A stretch of 64,000 nucleotides of DNA from contig NC_047067.1 of the NCBI RefSeq assembly GCF_902459465.1, positions 1,550,001 to 1,614,000 on the forward strand. The letters run 5' to 3'. Of the stretch, positions 13,635 through 25,560 are shown piece by piece (within the stretch, counting starts at the first letter, position 1; each line of letters opens with the position of its first letter). This DNA is from Asterias rubens. Lineage: Eukaryota. Position numbers and translations under genes: made by a program. The notes beneath the pieces were generated by a model that saw only the letters and a program-made list of their open reading frames with translations, was not told the origin of the DNA and ran no database searches.

Positions 13635-14516
13635 GACTTGTAATGCGCACATATCCACCCTGCTGGGTGTTCAAGGCGCAGTAAAACCAAAAACAAAACA
13701 AAAACAAAATACAACACAAAGAAAAACAGACACAACAAAATTAGTCATTGAAAACCTGTGACATAAGATAAGTTTTGAGAAGAGACTTGAATTTTGCAGT
13801 ACAAAGACAAGATCGAAGATTAAGTGGTAGAGAGTTCCAGATGCGTGGCGCGGCTGAAGAAAAAGACCTGTCACCCCATGAGTGTCGAGACTTGGGTTCA
13901 ATGAGGAGAAGCATAGAACTTGATCGAAGATTCCTTGATGGAGTGTAAACTTGAAGCAGTTCAGAAATATAGTGGGGAGCCTTGCCATTAAGAGCTTTGT
14001 GGACAATGAGCATCAGCTTGAAGATGATTCGTTGAGAGATAGGGAGCCAGTGTAGTTGTTTCAGAATGGGGGTGATAGAACACGATTTTCTAGACAGTGT
14101 CACAATGCGGGCAGCAGTATTTTGGAGCCGTTGAAGTCTGGAAATCTGGTTGTTAGGAAGACTGTAGAGAAGAGCATTGCCGTTGTCAAGAAGAGAAGTA
14201 ACAAATGCGTGAATGACCTTTTCAGTGGCACTTTTGTCCAAGTACTTGCGAATCTTACCTATATTCCTGATGTGATATGATGATAAACGAACAATGTTGT
14301 TGATGTGTGGCTGAAGTGTCATTGATGAATCAAAAATAACCCCTAAGTTCCGAGCTTTCAGCGAGGGAGCTATCCGAGCATCACCGATGGAGATGTATGG
14401 CACTGAAACCTTAGTTAACTGTTGACGTGACCCAAATAGAAGGAACTCTGTCTTATCATCATTTAACTTCAGGAAGTTTTCTTGTGTCCATTGCATTATT
14501 CGATACCTCGAGGGTA
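13586..14516 (-). mobile_element. 5'-truncated L2/CR1-group LINE (RT thumb and C-terminal ORF2 region, 3' UTR, (TAT)n tail)
   Basis: ORF 13741-14496 has typical motifs (NFLKLNDDKTE, RNLGVIFD, LQRLQNTAAR, LHWLPI, SFSSAAPRIWNSLP, FKSLLKTYL). 3' end gcgccttgaacac...gtgcgcattacaagtc is followed by (TAT)n. TTGTGATA flanks it at 13578-13585 and 14517-14524. Confidence 0.92.
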
Positions 14517-14796
14517 TTGTGATAGGCAGGATCGATTACGTGTCTTAATGAACTCTCAACATCACGTAACACAGTTGATTACTTGCATCGCATAACCGAC
14601 ATTGACGAAAGCGATATTTTACTGCTGCCATACGCTTATTGGCCGGGGGGGAGGGGGGGGGCAATTCAGAACTTTATTTGGAACGAATGAGTAATATCAA
14701 GTGTGGACCGAAGAAAATGTGGAGTAATATAATATGACAGTAACTTGGAAAGATATCTAGGTCTTTGTCTATTATTCGTGGCATCCGATGTGAAAG

Positions 14797-14893
14797 AAGG
14801 GCGGATCCTGACCAAAATTTTAGGGGGGGGGGGGCAAATCTGTAAAAGAAGGGACATGGCCCCTGTTGCCCCCAACCCTCCGGTTCCGCCCTT
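14797..14893. mobile_element. Small MITE, TIR AAGGGCGGA(T/A)CC
   Basis: aagggcggatcc ... ggttccgccctt around a G-tract core. Confidence 0.55.
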
Positions 14894-16153
14894 GATCGGA
14901 AATGTTTTGTCCATTTGTTTTGAAACAGCTTAATTTGTTAAAAATGTTTAACGATAAAATTTAATTTACAAACAAAGAAAATGTAAATTAATTTATTTTT
15001 GCAAAAACAGGCAACAGGCCTAATAAAACGGAATGATTTCTTTTAAAGGATTTTAAACTTTCAGATTGAAACAAACAATTTCTTAAAATTAATTAATAAC
15101 ATTGTTTAGGATAAGAAAATCCACTTCTGAATTTCCAGCACTGGTCGGCAATGTATAGGTTCTGAAAAAACGTTTATTTGATGAGAGAGGTACATACCGA
15201 ATCACATTGCTACCGAGTTGCAAACAAATAATTATTAAGAACGAGATAATAAGTTGTTGTGAACATTTATGCCATAAGAGCTTTTTTCTTGTTCGAATGA
15301 CTCATTACATCACATTTCAATTGCTGTTTTTGGGTGAGCGATTTTGTAATCGTGTTTAATGTAACAGGATGTAAATCGCATTTCGGCCGGTCGGCGTGGT
15401 AGGATAGTGGATGAGCAAAAAACTTTAGCTTTAATGAGTCATTAATTCTCTTCGACGTTATTAAAATAGCAATGCACAATTTATTCAGTAAGGAGGGTAA
15501 AGTACTTCTTAAATCCCAAGTTCGCCTCAGGCTCCATCTTAGACTCCATCTCGGTAGCAATAAAGGCTTGTTGGAGTTAGACGGCGATCCAACGGCACAG
15601 AGGGTTGCACTACAAAACGATTAGGCAAAAATTGCACCAAACTGATTACCATAATGATAAGTTATGTCAAAAGCATTACATTTGTTGTTAATACAATTTG
15701 TTTCGGGCCATGCAATTTTTTGTGTTATTTTGAAGTTATCACGACTCTTGGGACGGCTTGATAGGATTTTAAGTTGGTCCTATTTGGCTTGGTAAGTGGA
15801 CTAGTGCTGAAACGGACAGCATGTCTGATTGGGAAATACATTGGAATTGGGGGGTAGGCCTATCAACAATTCCAAACGGATGACCTGCCAAAAATGTAAA
15901 ATAAACCTAAAGTTTAAATGTCCGATTACCTCGATTGGCTTTTAAGTTGCTGAGAGACTTTCAGCGCCATTAGCATTCGGAAGACTACGCCCTCTTGTGA
16001 TACAATATTGTACAAACAATATCGTCTCTTGAGGGCGCCCTCTGTTATTAGTATTCCTCGTGTACACATGTCGCAATCGTAGTGTGTTTTTGTCAACTTC
16101 GGCTAATGATTTTGTCCTTTTAAACATCATTTGTATACACATATCCGGCAATA

Positions 16154-16347
16154 ATGACACGTATTGCGAGGAAGCGGCACCACAAGGGTTATACCCACAT
16201 CCAGAAAAAGTACAGAACGCGACGGAAAACGAAGGATTTGGACCAGATTGACAAAGACCTACAACCGGCAGAATCGCAGAAATTATTGAATCAAGACGTC
16301 GACCACGATAAACCGGGATCTGCCCAACATTACTGCCTTCATTGCGC
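16154..16347 (+). CDS. ZNF593: ZNF593/Bud20 zinc-finger protein, exon 1 (copy 1)
   Basis: ATG 16154; MTRIARKRHHKGYTHIQKKYRTRRKTKDLDQIDKDL...DHDKPGSAQHYCLHCA matches the ZNF593 N-terminus pattern (TKDLDQI...PG.GQ.YCL.C); phase-2 donor GC|GTAAGT at 16348. Confidence 0.93.
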
Positions 16348-17127
16348 GTAAGTTGCTTCTCTTTACTACTTCGTGTACTTTGACTTGATAGCAATGTTTC
16401 CCTTTCATTCAAATCAATACCCAATAGCCTACAATTGATTAGATAACTGCTGTGTGCATTCTTTTTTGATGTTGAAAACTTTGCCTTCATTCAACATGGT
16501 TTTATTTATTTATTTTAAAATATATAACATATAGTCATAAATAACTGAATAAACACACAATTTGACATGGTTGTGTGTGATTGAGACAAGTTTCCAATTC
16601 AAATTATGGTATAGGATAGGCCCGGGCCCCTAGTAAACACTAGTGTACTTATTTTGAATGTATCAGTCACTAAAATGACTAACTAGTATTACAGTAATAC
16701 ACCATTAAGTAACACAAAAGAGCTAGCAGTTGGATACTTTTTTAAATGTGTATTTTTGTTGCTTCTGACTGCTTCTTTGACTTGTTTGTAATATTATTTT
16801 ACACTGTTCTGTTGTGTTAGACTTTAATGTGACTAAATTGAAGAACTGACTGAGAATGCTGTGTCGTTGGTAGTGAAGAAGTTATCTGTGCATACATGTA
16901 TATTATGGCAATTATAACAGCTATGCCTATGGACATTCTGACGTGTACAGCATACACAGATGACAACTGAGCTCTGAATTCTTCCTGTTCTGTTTCTAAT
17001 AATATATTTTGATGTTTGATTGTCATTGATGATTTAGGTAGTACAGTGGTAATTGGCTTCATTATAGTCGAGGTTGTACTTCAAATTTGTATTGTATCAT
17101 GTGTGAGGGCAATACCGAAAATGTTTA

Positions 17128-17164
17128 TTGAATTGAATTGAATTGAATTGAATTGAATTGAATT
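17128..17164. repeat. (TTGAA)7 microsatellite in ZNF593 intron 1; (TTGAA)6 in copy 2 (~29120-29151)
   Basis: Direct count of units. Confidence 0.92.
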
Positions 17165-18018
17165 ACTGTACTGTTGTAATGGAGGAGTCCAATCTGGGCT
17201 AAGCTAAGGCTTCACAAGCCTGGAAGGTGTAACATCATATTATTCACAATCACAGTCCTCATAATAACCCACGGCCTCGGCGCCGAAGCACAGCAATTGG
17301 CAATTGCCATTTTACCCTGTGCTTTTGCCATAATGCCCTTTGCAAAGTTCCAATTATACAACATTTTCCTCATTAAATGCCCCTGGCCTTTTCGGAGGGA
17401 AATTAATGTGCTCCTTTAAGATTGTGTTTACTCTATATTTTGATTATACATGTATTGTATTTATTTGTTTAAATATTATTGTAATAAAATATATAGTGAG
17501 CTGACAATTCTTCAGTCAGGCAGTACAAATATTGGTAGGTAGGCCTACATGTAGTTCAAATACACAAAACCACCCAAGTATGGTATTTTTACATAATTAA
17601 TGTGGGGCACTTTGGGACGAAGTTTATGACGGTCATGTTAGGTGGTAACAACCAAGAGGAAATTAGTTGTTATAAAACAATAGTTTAGTTTCATTGGGTT
17701 AAGATTTTATGCTAATTTTTTTATCACGTAGAAGTTCTTTTGAAGTATTGATCATTCCAATTTTATAAATGCCTGTTTGGGCTTCTGCAATGTACCTGAT
17801 ACTTCGTAGAGGAAATTGAAGCAATAGCCTCCATGCTTTGCCCCTGGCCATTGCCTTGGTGCCCCCTTGTAAATATTCCTTCTAGAAGTTTACACTTCCC
17901 TCATTGAGGGAAAAAACTGCCTCCTCCTTACAAGAAAAAAGCACCAGGCCTAATACTAAGTTTTCTAAAATAATATTCTTAAAGTAATAATTTCTTCTTT
18001 TTTTTTTGTCTTGCACAG

Positions 18019-18081
18019 GAGATATTTCATCGACTTGAAAGCACTCAAGGATCATTTCAGATCAAAGCTACACAAAAGAAG
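18019..18081 (+). CDS. ZNF593: ZNF593 exon 2 (copy 1): RYFIDLKALKDHFRSKLHKR
   Basis: Acceptor tttttgtcttgcacAG, donor AG|GTAATC. The 63 nt exon keeps phase and completes the C-x2-C...H-x5-H finger (CLHCARYF...HFRSKLH). Confidence 0.93.
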
Positions 18082-18293
18082 GTAATCAAATCATATTAGG
18101 ACCAGGTCTTGCGCTCAAAATTTTTGCTAAGTAGCCCACTAGGCTATTCAACTGTGCATTGTACTTGCCCCTAGTATTACAGTAAGTTTAGTGAAGCTTG
18201 AAGTATTTTTCTGATTTGAAGTGATTTTTCTGATTGAGAAATTTCTGAATGAGTGGGGAAAGTAAAACAATATCTGTTTGTGTTTCGTTACAG

Positions 18294-18459
18294 AATGAAA
18301 GCTCTTGAAGTTGAACCATACACACAGAAAGAGGCTGATGCAGCGGGAGGCTTGGGAACGTATCACCCTCCAAAACGAAGAAAAATCACCACCCAGGAGA
18401 TAGTGGAAGATGCCAAAATGGATCAGTCAGAAGTATCGGAAGTCAAGCAGGACAAGTAG
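18294..18459 (+). CDS. ZNF593: ZNF593 exon 3 (copy 1): RMKALEVEPYTQKEADAAGGLG...QDK*
   Basis: Acceptor tgtttcgttacAG; EPYTQKEADAAGG matches the family motif EPYSQEEAERAAG; stop TAG ends at 18459; AATAAA at 18695. Confidence 0.92.
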
Positions 18460-18694
18460 ATAGGGACATTCTATTCTGGGATGAGGGGTGAAGCTTGACA
18501 GGTCATGGAAGGTCATCAGCAAGAAAGAAGGGAAAGGGAAAATGAGCAGTCAAATATTCTTGTAAGTCTTCCTTACACACAATAACAAACTGAGATCACA
18601 TCAAGGACATATAGTTGAAAAAAGATTGTATGTATTATATCAGCTTCAAGCGATCCTGTGGTATCATGGCACTTTATGTGCTTTCACTTTCAAA

Positions 18695-18700
18695 AATAAA
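18695..18700 (+). promoter_or_regulatory. Candidate ZNF593 polyadenylation signal
   Basis: AATAAA ~235 nt after the stop, followed by a T/G-rich stretch. Confidence 0.55.
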
Positions 18701-19590
18701 TGTGAATTTTCCAACAATTTTTGGCTGACCAATCTTTAAAAATAGACTAGTTCCCAACCGGAGAATTCCCAGCTGTCTATAAATTGCTCGGTTTTGTCGA
18801 AAGTATGATCAAGGAACCAGACTACTAGAACAGCATGTTCTTCTCTCTGCGGTATTTTTTACCGGCACACTTTAAAATAGTGACCCAACTCCATTTGTTT
18901 GTAAATAACAGCAAAAGCAAGCCATGTATATACTACCTTTCATATACTTGATTGATTTAGTCAAATAAAATCACACGTAACCCATATTGATGTTCATTGA
19001 GAGGACTGAGCTAGTCTAGGCTATTATCAATCCCTGAGGTACAAACCAAATACACTGGGAGCTGTCACTGGGAAATCACTATAATGTCGGTTATTTTAAT
19101 TATTTACACTTCACTGAGCCAATTAAATCTCACGATGGCCATTGTCTGAAAAGTTTATAGCCTATAAGCGCCATCTTAAAAATAAACTGAAATGCGTCTT
19201 GGAACCGAGTACAGCAAAAACACAAACATCAAGCTGTCAAGATGGACGCCATTGTTTCAAAATCAGCGCGCCATGACGGTTGCCGGTTTTGCGTGGACTC
19301 GGGTTTCATGCATATGGGCTATTGGCTGATGAGAAAAAGAGTTGATATAAATTTGCTGCTTGATCACAAGATCTTCAGACACTAAATTAGAAATAAAATT
19401 ATATAAAATATCTCTTTCTGAATTTGTGTTTATTGTCTCTGTCGATAAAGTCATTGAGAAAATGTTGTATAAATAACCCGATTCTGTGTTTGCACCCTGA
19501 ATAGATTCCTGACGATAAGACGGATCAACGACCTTGTCAATTTTATTTACAATTTCTCAAAAACAAAAATGTTGAACAGTTTTTGCATCA

Positions 19591-20688
19591 CTACTCGAAT
19601 GGGGTCACCATCTGCAATCTAGACGGCCCATATTCGGAGTTGGGCGGCACCGATAATCCCTCATCGAAATAATCATATTTTGGGGTGGGCGAGAAACCCC
19701 AAACCGGCGGTAAGTCTCGAGTTTGTCTTTCAGACACCCGCCCCTCTATCGTCATCTTATTTGACGAGATGACGGACTCCAGGCTTTCTTCTCCCGCGGA
19801 TGTCCCCGTTGATGTTGAAGGGACTCGGAGGGGCTCCATCCGGGGTCTTGAGTTCCTCCTGACGTAATGATCGAGCTGGACCGAGCCGTTGATCTTTTCC
19901 GTGTACGACAACTTTGACTCTTTGTACAGTTGTGTCGGACATGCCCCTCCTCGGTCGACACGTCGAACTTTCGGAAACATGCTCGGAATCAAGCTATCGT
20001 TCCGCGGTATAACATTACCCGGGGGGAAATAGTGGGTGCCTCCCCTCTGCAGTGACGTCACATTGTCTTTCTTCCTTCTGGTCGACTGTCGCTTTATATG
20101 ATTGTCCTTTTTTTCTGCCGTGACGTCATAGCGTTTCTTACGATCGACAAGAGTTGCGTTCGTTGTGTATATTGTTCTCGAGCGTTCGAAGTCCTTGATG
20201 CTCGTCTCTTGCACCAGTGGGATTCGTGTCGACAACTCAGTCGACAAGGCCGCGATGTCGTCCTCTGGTCTGATATTTGACTTCATTAGAACATTCCCCC
20301 TGCTGGTGTGAAAGACTGGTCGGTTCATTGTTCTTTTGCTATCCACGGTGTCGAAGTTCGAGTGGGTGCTGTCGGTATGGGTGTGGTCATGAGGTCTCGG
20401 GGTGTGGTCAGTTTTTAGTGAGCTTTGGTAAGATTGCAGCACCGTGTGGTCGGGTTGTAACGACTTGTAGTCGGGCTGTAGTGAAATGAAGTTTGTTCTC
20501 AGCCGTGTGGTGTGCCTTCGTGGTACAGCGTGGTGGTCGTCGTAATACAATGAGGTAGGCTGGGGTTCTGTGTGCTCGGGCTGTAGCGAAGTGTGGTTAC
20601 GTGGGGTGTGGTTTTGCTCTTTGAAAGGTAGGGCCGACTTCTGGGACGAGATGGTAAGGATAGGTGGGAGGGGATCCGCCTTCAGCAT
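19591..20688 (-). CDS. Uncharacterised 365-aa low-complexity (His/Thr/Pro/Arg/Ser-rich) protein, single coding exon (copy 1)
   Basis: 1098 nt ORF, more GC-rich than its flanks. ATG is preceded by in-frame stops. Minus-strand acceptor ttttcttctactgaatccacAG 53 nt upstream (exon starts 20741); AATAAA at 19542-19547 (-). ORF is intact in both copies. Confidence 0.75.
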   Translation of the reverse strand: MLKADPLPPILTISSQKSALPFKEQNHTPRNHTSLQPEHTEPQPTSLYYDDHHAVPRRHTTRLRTNFISLQPDYKSLQPDHTVLQSYQSSLKTDHTPRPHDHTHTDSTHSNFDTVDSKRTMNRPVFHTSRGNVLMKSNIRPEDDIAALSTELSTRIPLVQETSIKDFERSRTIYTTNATLVDRKKRYDVTAEKKDNHIKRQSTRRKKDNVTSLQRGGTHYFPPGNVIPRNDSLIPSMFPKVRRVDRGGACPTQLYKESKLSYTEKINGSVQLDHYVRRNSRPRMEPLRVPSTSTGTSAGEESLESVISSNKMTIEGRVSERQTRDLPPVWGFSPTPKYDYFDEGLSVPPNSEYGPSRLQMVTPFE

Positions 20689-22996
20689 CGTGTCATGTTA
20701 GTCTCATCCTCAAGTCTGATCTATAACTGTCTCTGTAGCATCTGTGGATTCAGTAGAAGAAAAAAAACCCTGTTAGTATAGGGCCTACATGGTAACTGAC
20801 TATTGTTTGACGTTGAAGGGTTTTTCTCCTTCTAAATCTTCAGACAAGAAAACATCTTGACCAGGAGTAGTCCAAGGAAGTACACAAGTTTAACAACTGT
20901 CACCAAACCGAATGTGGATTTCTATGGCGTTGGTCATGGAACTTGTTTGCGTCCACATGAAAAAAAAACGCAAAGAAACGTCATGCTATAGATTTTTAAT
21001 TTGTCAAGCTACTTTTAATGGCTGTCGAATACCGAATAGAATGAGCTCCTATCGGTTACAACGAAACTGCCGACAAAAACGTCTGGAGTGTTGACTGTTC
21101 CCTATCTTAAAACAAAGTTTTCGAAACGAACACCAGGGGCAGGCGAATCTTCAAACCGAAATGTCAAAAGCTTAATAAGAAGTGTTGCTTTATTTGCCAG
21201 TGGGAAATGTAAACACAAATGCCGTAAGAATCGGAGTATTTTGACTTTGATCTCTTCAATTTAAGACTAAACCGAAGCAAAGTCTTGCTGCACTTTACTT
21301 TCAGAGCTATCAACTCACATAATTAACCTTTTTGAGATGGGAGCACGCCGTTTGTGGCTAGGTGTGTAGTGAATACAAACACTGATCCAGGCAAAATGCA
21401 ACAATATATACAATGTTTTCATCAAATCTAAAATATCTTCAGTACTTGTACTCACCAGAAAGTTTGCTATCAAGGGGAAAATGCCTCTGCCAAGTTACTC
21501 CCGAGATAACTGGAGACTTTCTGACCATTTAGGTTTTAGAAGACGCTATTAATAGCGGCAACAAACAACTGCATTGCTTTTAAAGTGTTCTAACCTATTA
21601 AGACTGTCTGGTACCTCAGTGAATGACTTTGTTGTTGCGATCCATTGATGTAAATTGTCTTCTTCAGAACTGTTCTTTTACCGACTGGGACAGTCTTCGT
21701 ACAAGACCCCCACCGTGTGCATTCTCGACATGCCTCATGATTTCAGTTGAATGTTTCCGATTGCAGAAGTCAATATGACAGCTTGGACGGGTTATTTGCT
21801 ATTTTTGTGGTTTGTTTGCTGTAACTCTACCGTAATACACGGTGCGTACTGAGTGTGTTTGCCTGAAGACAATGGGGAGATGGTGGGGCTCTCGAGTTGC
21901 TTTTGACACCTGTGATCCAATAATTTGTGAGATTTTAAGAATTTTTGTTATTTTGGTCGAGGCCTGGGCAATACTCAGAAGTGGCTTTCGAAGGCAGATC
22001 GGTATGCCGGCTATCGATCGAAACGTCGAGATATTGCACTATCCTAAACCGTTCTTCAGAGATAGTGTTAATTGTTCTACCATAAACTCTTCTCTATGAC
22101 AAGTAATCCACAACTGTGTACTTTTATATGAAACGTTTATCATGTCTATATCCGGTAATTCAAAATAATAATAAATGTTTATCTCTGGATTTTTTTTTAT
22201 TTTTAGAGTTTTTTGTAGGTTCAGTATTACACTTTTTGTTGAAGTCAATAGGCGTACTATGAACCCATCATAAATGATGTTGTTTGGTGTTTCCAATGAC
22301 AACCCGCTCGTTAAGCTCATCTATTTGTAAATGACGCTTTTATCTAGGTCTAGATTATCCAGAATACAACTGGGGGAAATAATAATAGAAACCAATTACT
22401 CCATTTGTCTCGTCTTTCTGTTATGATCTACTTGTTCTAAAGTTTGAACTATACTTGACTACTGTCAACGTTACACGGCCCGAAGTACCCAAGTGTATTG
22501 TCGACGACAGAATTTCAACATAATACATTTTTTGGTGGGAAATATTCCAAGGTAATATTAATCATTACCCACTAAGTACATTTCCTTAATTTCTCACTAA
22601 GGTGGAAATGGTTGCTCTAATGGCGGAATGGAATATTAATGAGGCTCGTATAGCACAGCTGTTGTTGCCTTGTTTGCGTGTTTTTTCTACTTCTGTTGTT
22701 AAATTAAAGCTCAATCTGGGCACAAACAAAATGTAACGCTATAAGGGCAGAACCAAATATATTGTTATGCCCCATGCATCCTGGACAATATTTGGCAATG
22801 AAGTAAAGAATTTGTAAATAATTATTACTATGAATTTCATTTTGCAACGTTTAATATGTGCTATGTATTTTGCAGAGCACTCGTACTCTCAGACAAGAGT
22901 CAGAAAACTTCACTTTCGGAAGGCAATTGTTTGCCCAAAACTAAGAGGAGAATGTCGAAATTACTTTGGTCTGTTTAGGGGTGTCAGGTAACTTGC

Positions 22997-23171
22997 TACC
23001 TTTACCACTTCGTACCCTGGACACTTCCTATGTTTTGCAAGGTACAAAGTGACTTTGAACATTTGATGGTACCAATGAGAACTTATTTATCCATGATGAG
23101 ATACGAAGTGACTCGGTTGACGGCACGAACCTGAGGGTACGAAGTATCCAGGATACGAAATGGTTAAGGTA
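22997..23171. mobile_element. MITE with ~30 bp imperfect TIR (TACCTT(T/A)ACCA..TTCGTA..CTGGA); copy 2 at 34995-35169
   Basis: Inverted termini and internal (g)tacgaagt repeats. Confidence 0.65.
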
Positions 23172-23954
23172 CACTATAGTGTCCGACATCTGTTTCGGAT
23201 GCAGTACTCACCTTCAAACGGTAGTTTCATGGCTGGGTTTGAAGAGTCATCGTAAACCGCTACTGGTGTTTTCATCAGTGGGTTGAACAAGCACTCGAGT
23301 TGTTGTGACCACTTCAAAGGGTGTGCTTCTGAGTTAGAAAACCGTTAATGGTTACCGGGAATCAAGAAAGAAACCCATAATTTCCAAGCTGTTTCAAGTG
23401 ATCTACCAATGTGGAGGGATGTTGATTTCGTCTGCTACAACCGTGGTACAGCCATGGAGGTAGTTTGTACATCCATTACAACTTACAAGTGGAAAATTCA
23501 GTTTTCCATGAATTCTGTTTGTAGGCAATCTCGATAAGGGCTAGCTGTAAGTCCATGAATACGGATCATTAGAGTTAACTCTTTCTGCATTAAACGGAGG
23601 TATAATAGCAGATAACAATTATCGACTTACTATAAGATACAGGACAGTAGATTAGTCTAATCCGTGTCTTATATGATAGTATCAGTCAATCGGCTGTAGC
23701 AACATGGAGTACTCGGCTGGTTATTAGGCGAAATAAATCTCGATATCTATTATACACGTTATCCTTTTACAACACAACACTATGCAAATAGCTACGTCAA
23801 AAAGTTGACTTGGGTTATTTTGGACCGAGAGCAACGACTGTTGCATGTCGCGAGATGAGATGAGCTAGCCTGAGAAGTCCGAATTGGCATGCGGATGTGG
23901 CTACAGCTTACAGTCATGTCATTGTAGCCGTCTTCCCGTCGCAGCATTTGTTCG

Positions 23955-24190
23955 TCGAGTGTTTAAATATCATTCGAATCCCAGTCGTGACAGTGTGTCC
24001 TTAGGCAAGACACTTAACCAAATTGCTTCGTCCTTCGGATGGGACGTTGGTCCCGTGTGTTGTGTAACGCACGTAAAATAACCCAGTGTAATAATACTTA
24101 TCAAAAAGCCCCAGTGTTCCTGATTTGATTAGCTGCATATTGCGCAACATCACCTTGTAAACCATTACATGGTGCTATGCAAAGGAAGCA
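23955..24190 (+). mobile_element. tRNA-derived SINE remnant; copy 2 at ~35957-36192
   Basis: B-box-like ttcgaatccc followed by gtgtccttaggcaagacacttaac, a core shared with the 56849 and 60517 copies. Confidence 0.7.
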
Positions 24191-24716
24191 ACATAATTCA
24201 AACGTAGTCCCACATCCTTGCAGGGAAATACTGAATGTGAGCGTCACTTGGTGACGGATATGCGCGCCATACTTAAGAACACGCTATTATTATTTATCAT
24301 AAACAGCCGTTTACGAGCCAGATTGGAATCGCAACCTCACTAGCCCGCTGGCGCGCCAAATGCGAACAGCAAACTGTCTCCCCTGGTTACGCCTCAATCT
24401 CAACAACCCATTGTGCAATGTTGAATGCAAATGGCGGCCTAGTATTGCACATGATAATCGTCGACGATGTATCATGTATTTGTTGACTAAAGCACTCCGG
24501 GATGGTACTAACAACATACGACTGTTGGGTACACCTGTGTATGATGACAAGTGATTATTTTAATTACACCAATTTCCAAGTTGTTGAATGGAACTGAGAT
24601 CGAGACAGGATGGGAGCCTTTTATGCCAATTGCGTAATTTGCGGTTGTAGCATTGGCACGCGACCGAGTAGCTTGACTTCTTTATTTGGGTGTGATAATT
24701 AACAGTACACCATTAA

Positions 24717-25560
24717 GGGGGTTTGATACCCTTTGTTGATCAAGTTTTGGCCATGACGTGGATCCCCACTCACTGTGAATGAAGATATATGCCTATGTAA
24801 TAACACTTACCTAGGCCTATAGTAGTTTCAGCTTCGTCATTCGTTACTGAGTTTTTGGTTAAAACAATTGAAACTACAGAGCAATGTATTCATCATGAAA
24901 GTCGCGTAAATCCCTTGTACATGCTAAAGTAATTTTCGTCTTACTGAGACCAAAAAAGAAATGTGTTTTGTTTTTTAATACTATTTCTTCAAAAACTACA
25001 TCACCCTCACTAAGTAATTTAAGGGGAGATTTCTTCCATCTAAATGTAAGCTTAAAAGTCGATGACCCGATTTTTGCAAAAACATTTCTCTGAACGGATT
25101 TTAAAGGTAGGGTCATAATTGGCTTTTGTCCACTTAATGCTGATTTACATACACAAATATAAACAAGAAACAATACAAGTCCATTTGAAAGCAGCAACAC
25201 ATGTCATGATGTTTTCACAAGAACGTCGAATCCATCCAGATTAGTAAAAGTACATTGCATTTCTGGTCGCAGAATTTGTGAACGGATGAATCGTTTCTCA
25301 GATTCAAATTTTAGGGGTGACGTCTAAACCATATATTACTTCAAATGGAAACAAATTCTCAACAAGACTCAACTGCTACACTGCTTCTCTCTCTGTCTCT
25401 CACAAGTAAATTTTTATGGTACTACGAATTTTGGCAAACAAATGAACATAACTATACACAATTCGTATTAGTTTTAATCACAAATAATTGGCGTTCTTGA
25501 TGGTGCAATGACTTCTAGTTTTTGTTGAAATCAAGAAAACGTCAGTAAAGTATAGCACCT
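24717..25560. mobile_element. Possible degenerate TTAA-flanked element; copy 2 at 36717-37565
   Basis: TTAA at 24713-24716 and 25561-25564; weak terminal complementarity (gggtttgatacc.tttgttga vs tcagtaaagtatagcacct). Confidence 0.4.

Noticed and set aside
13502-14006. Poly-Asn / poly-Tyr ORFs
   Set aside because: Translations of the (AAT)n LINE tail and the T-rich 3' UTR.
15207-15561. 12 bp inverted repeat ATTGCTACCGAG / CTCGGTAGCAAT
   Set aside because: No TSD, no other copies outside the duplication, and too short to call an element.
15942-16490. 182/190-aa antisense ORF over ZNF593 exon 1 (human ZNF593 has an opposite-strand gene)
   Set aside because: The two copies diverge after a 1 nt indel (gtttttgtc vs gttttgtc) and read as a shadow of the ZNF593 exon. 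No recognisable homology.
21560-22320. Long minus-strand open stretches with scattered stops, including VQYLDVSIDSRHTDL, faintly like Penelope RT
   Set aside because: Similarity is limited to a few residues and needs frameshifts. An HMM search with Penelope RT/GIY-YIG profiles would be required.
24874-25200. 108-aa ORF with a signal-peptide-like start (MLLLSNGLVLFLVYICVCKSALSG)
   Set aside because: Broken by four 1 nt indels in copy 2, and lies inside a probable TTAA-flanked repeat in AT-rich sequence where hydrophobic ORFs arise by chance.
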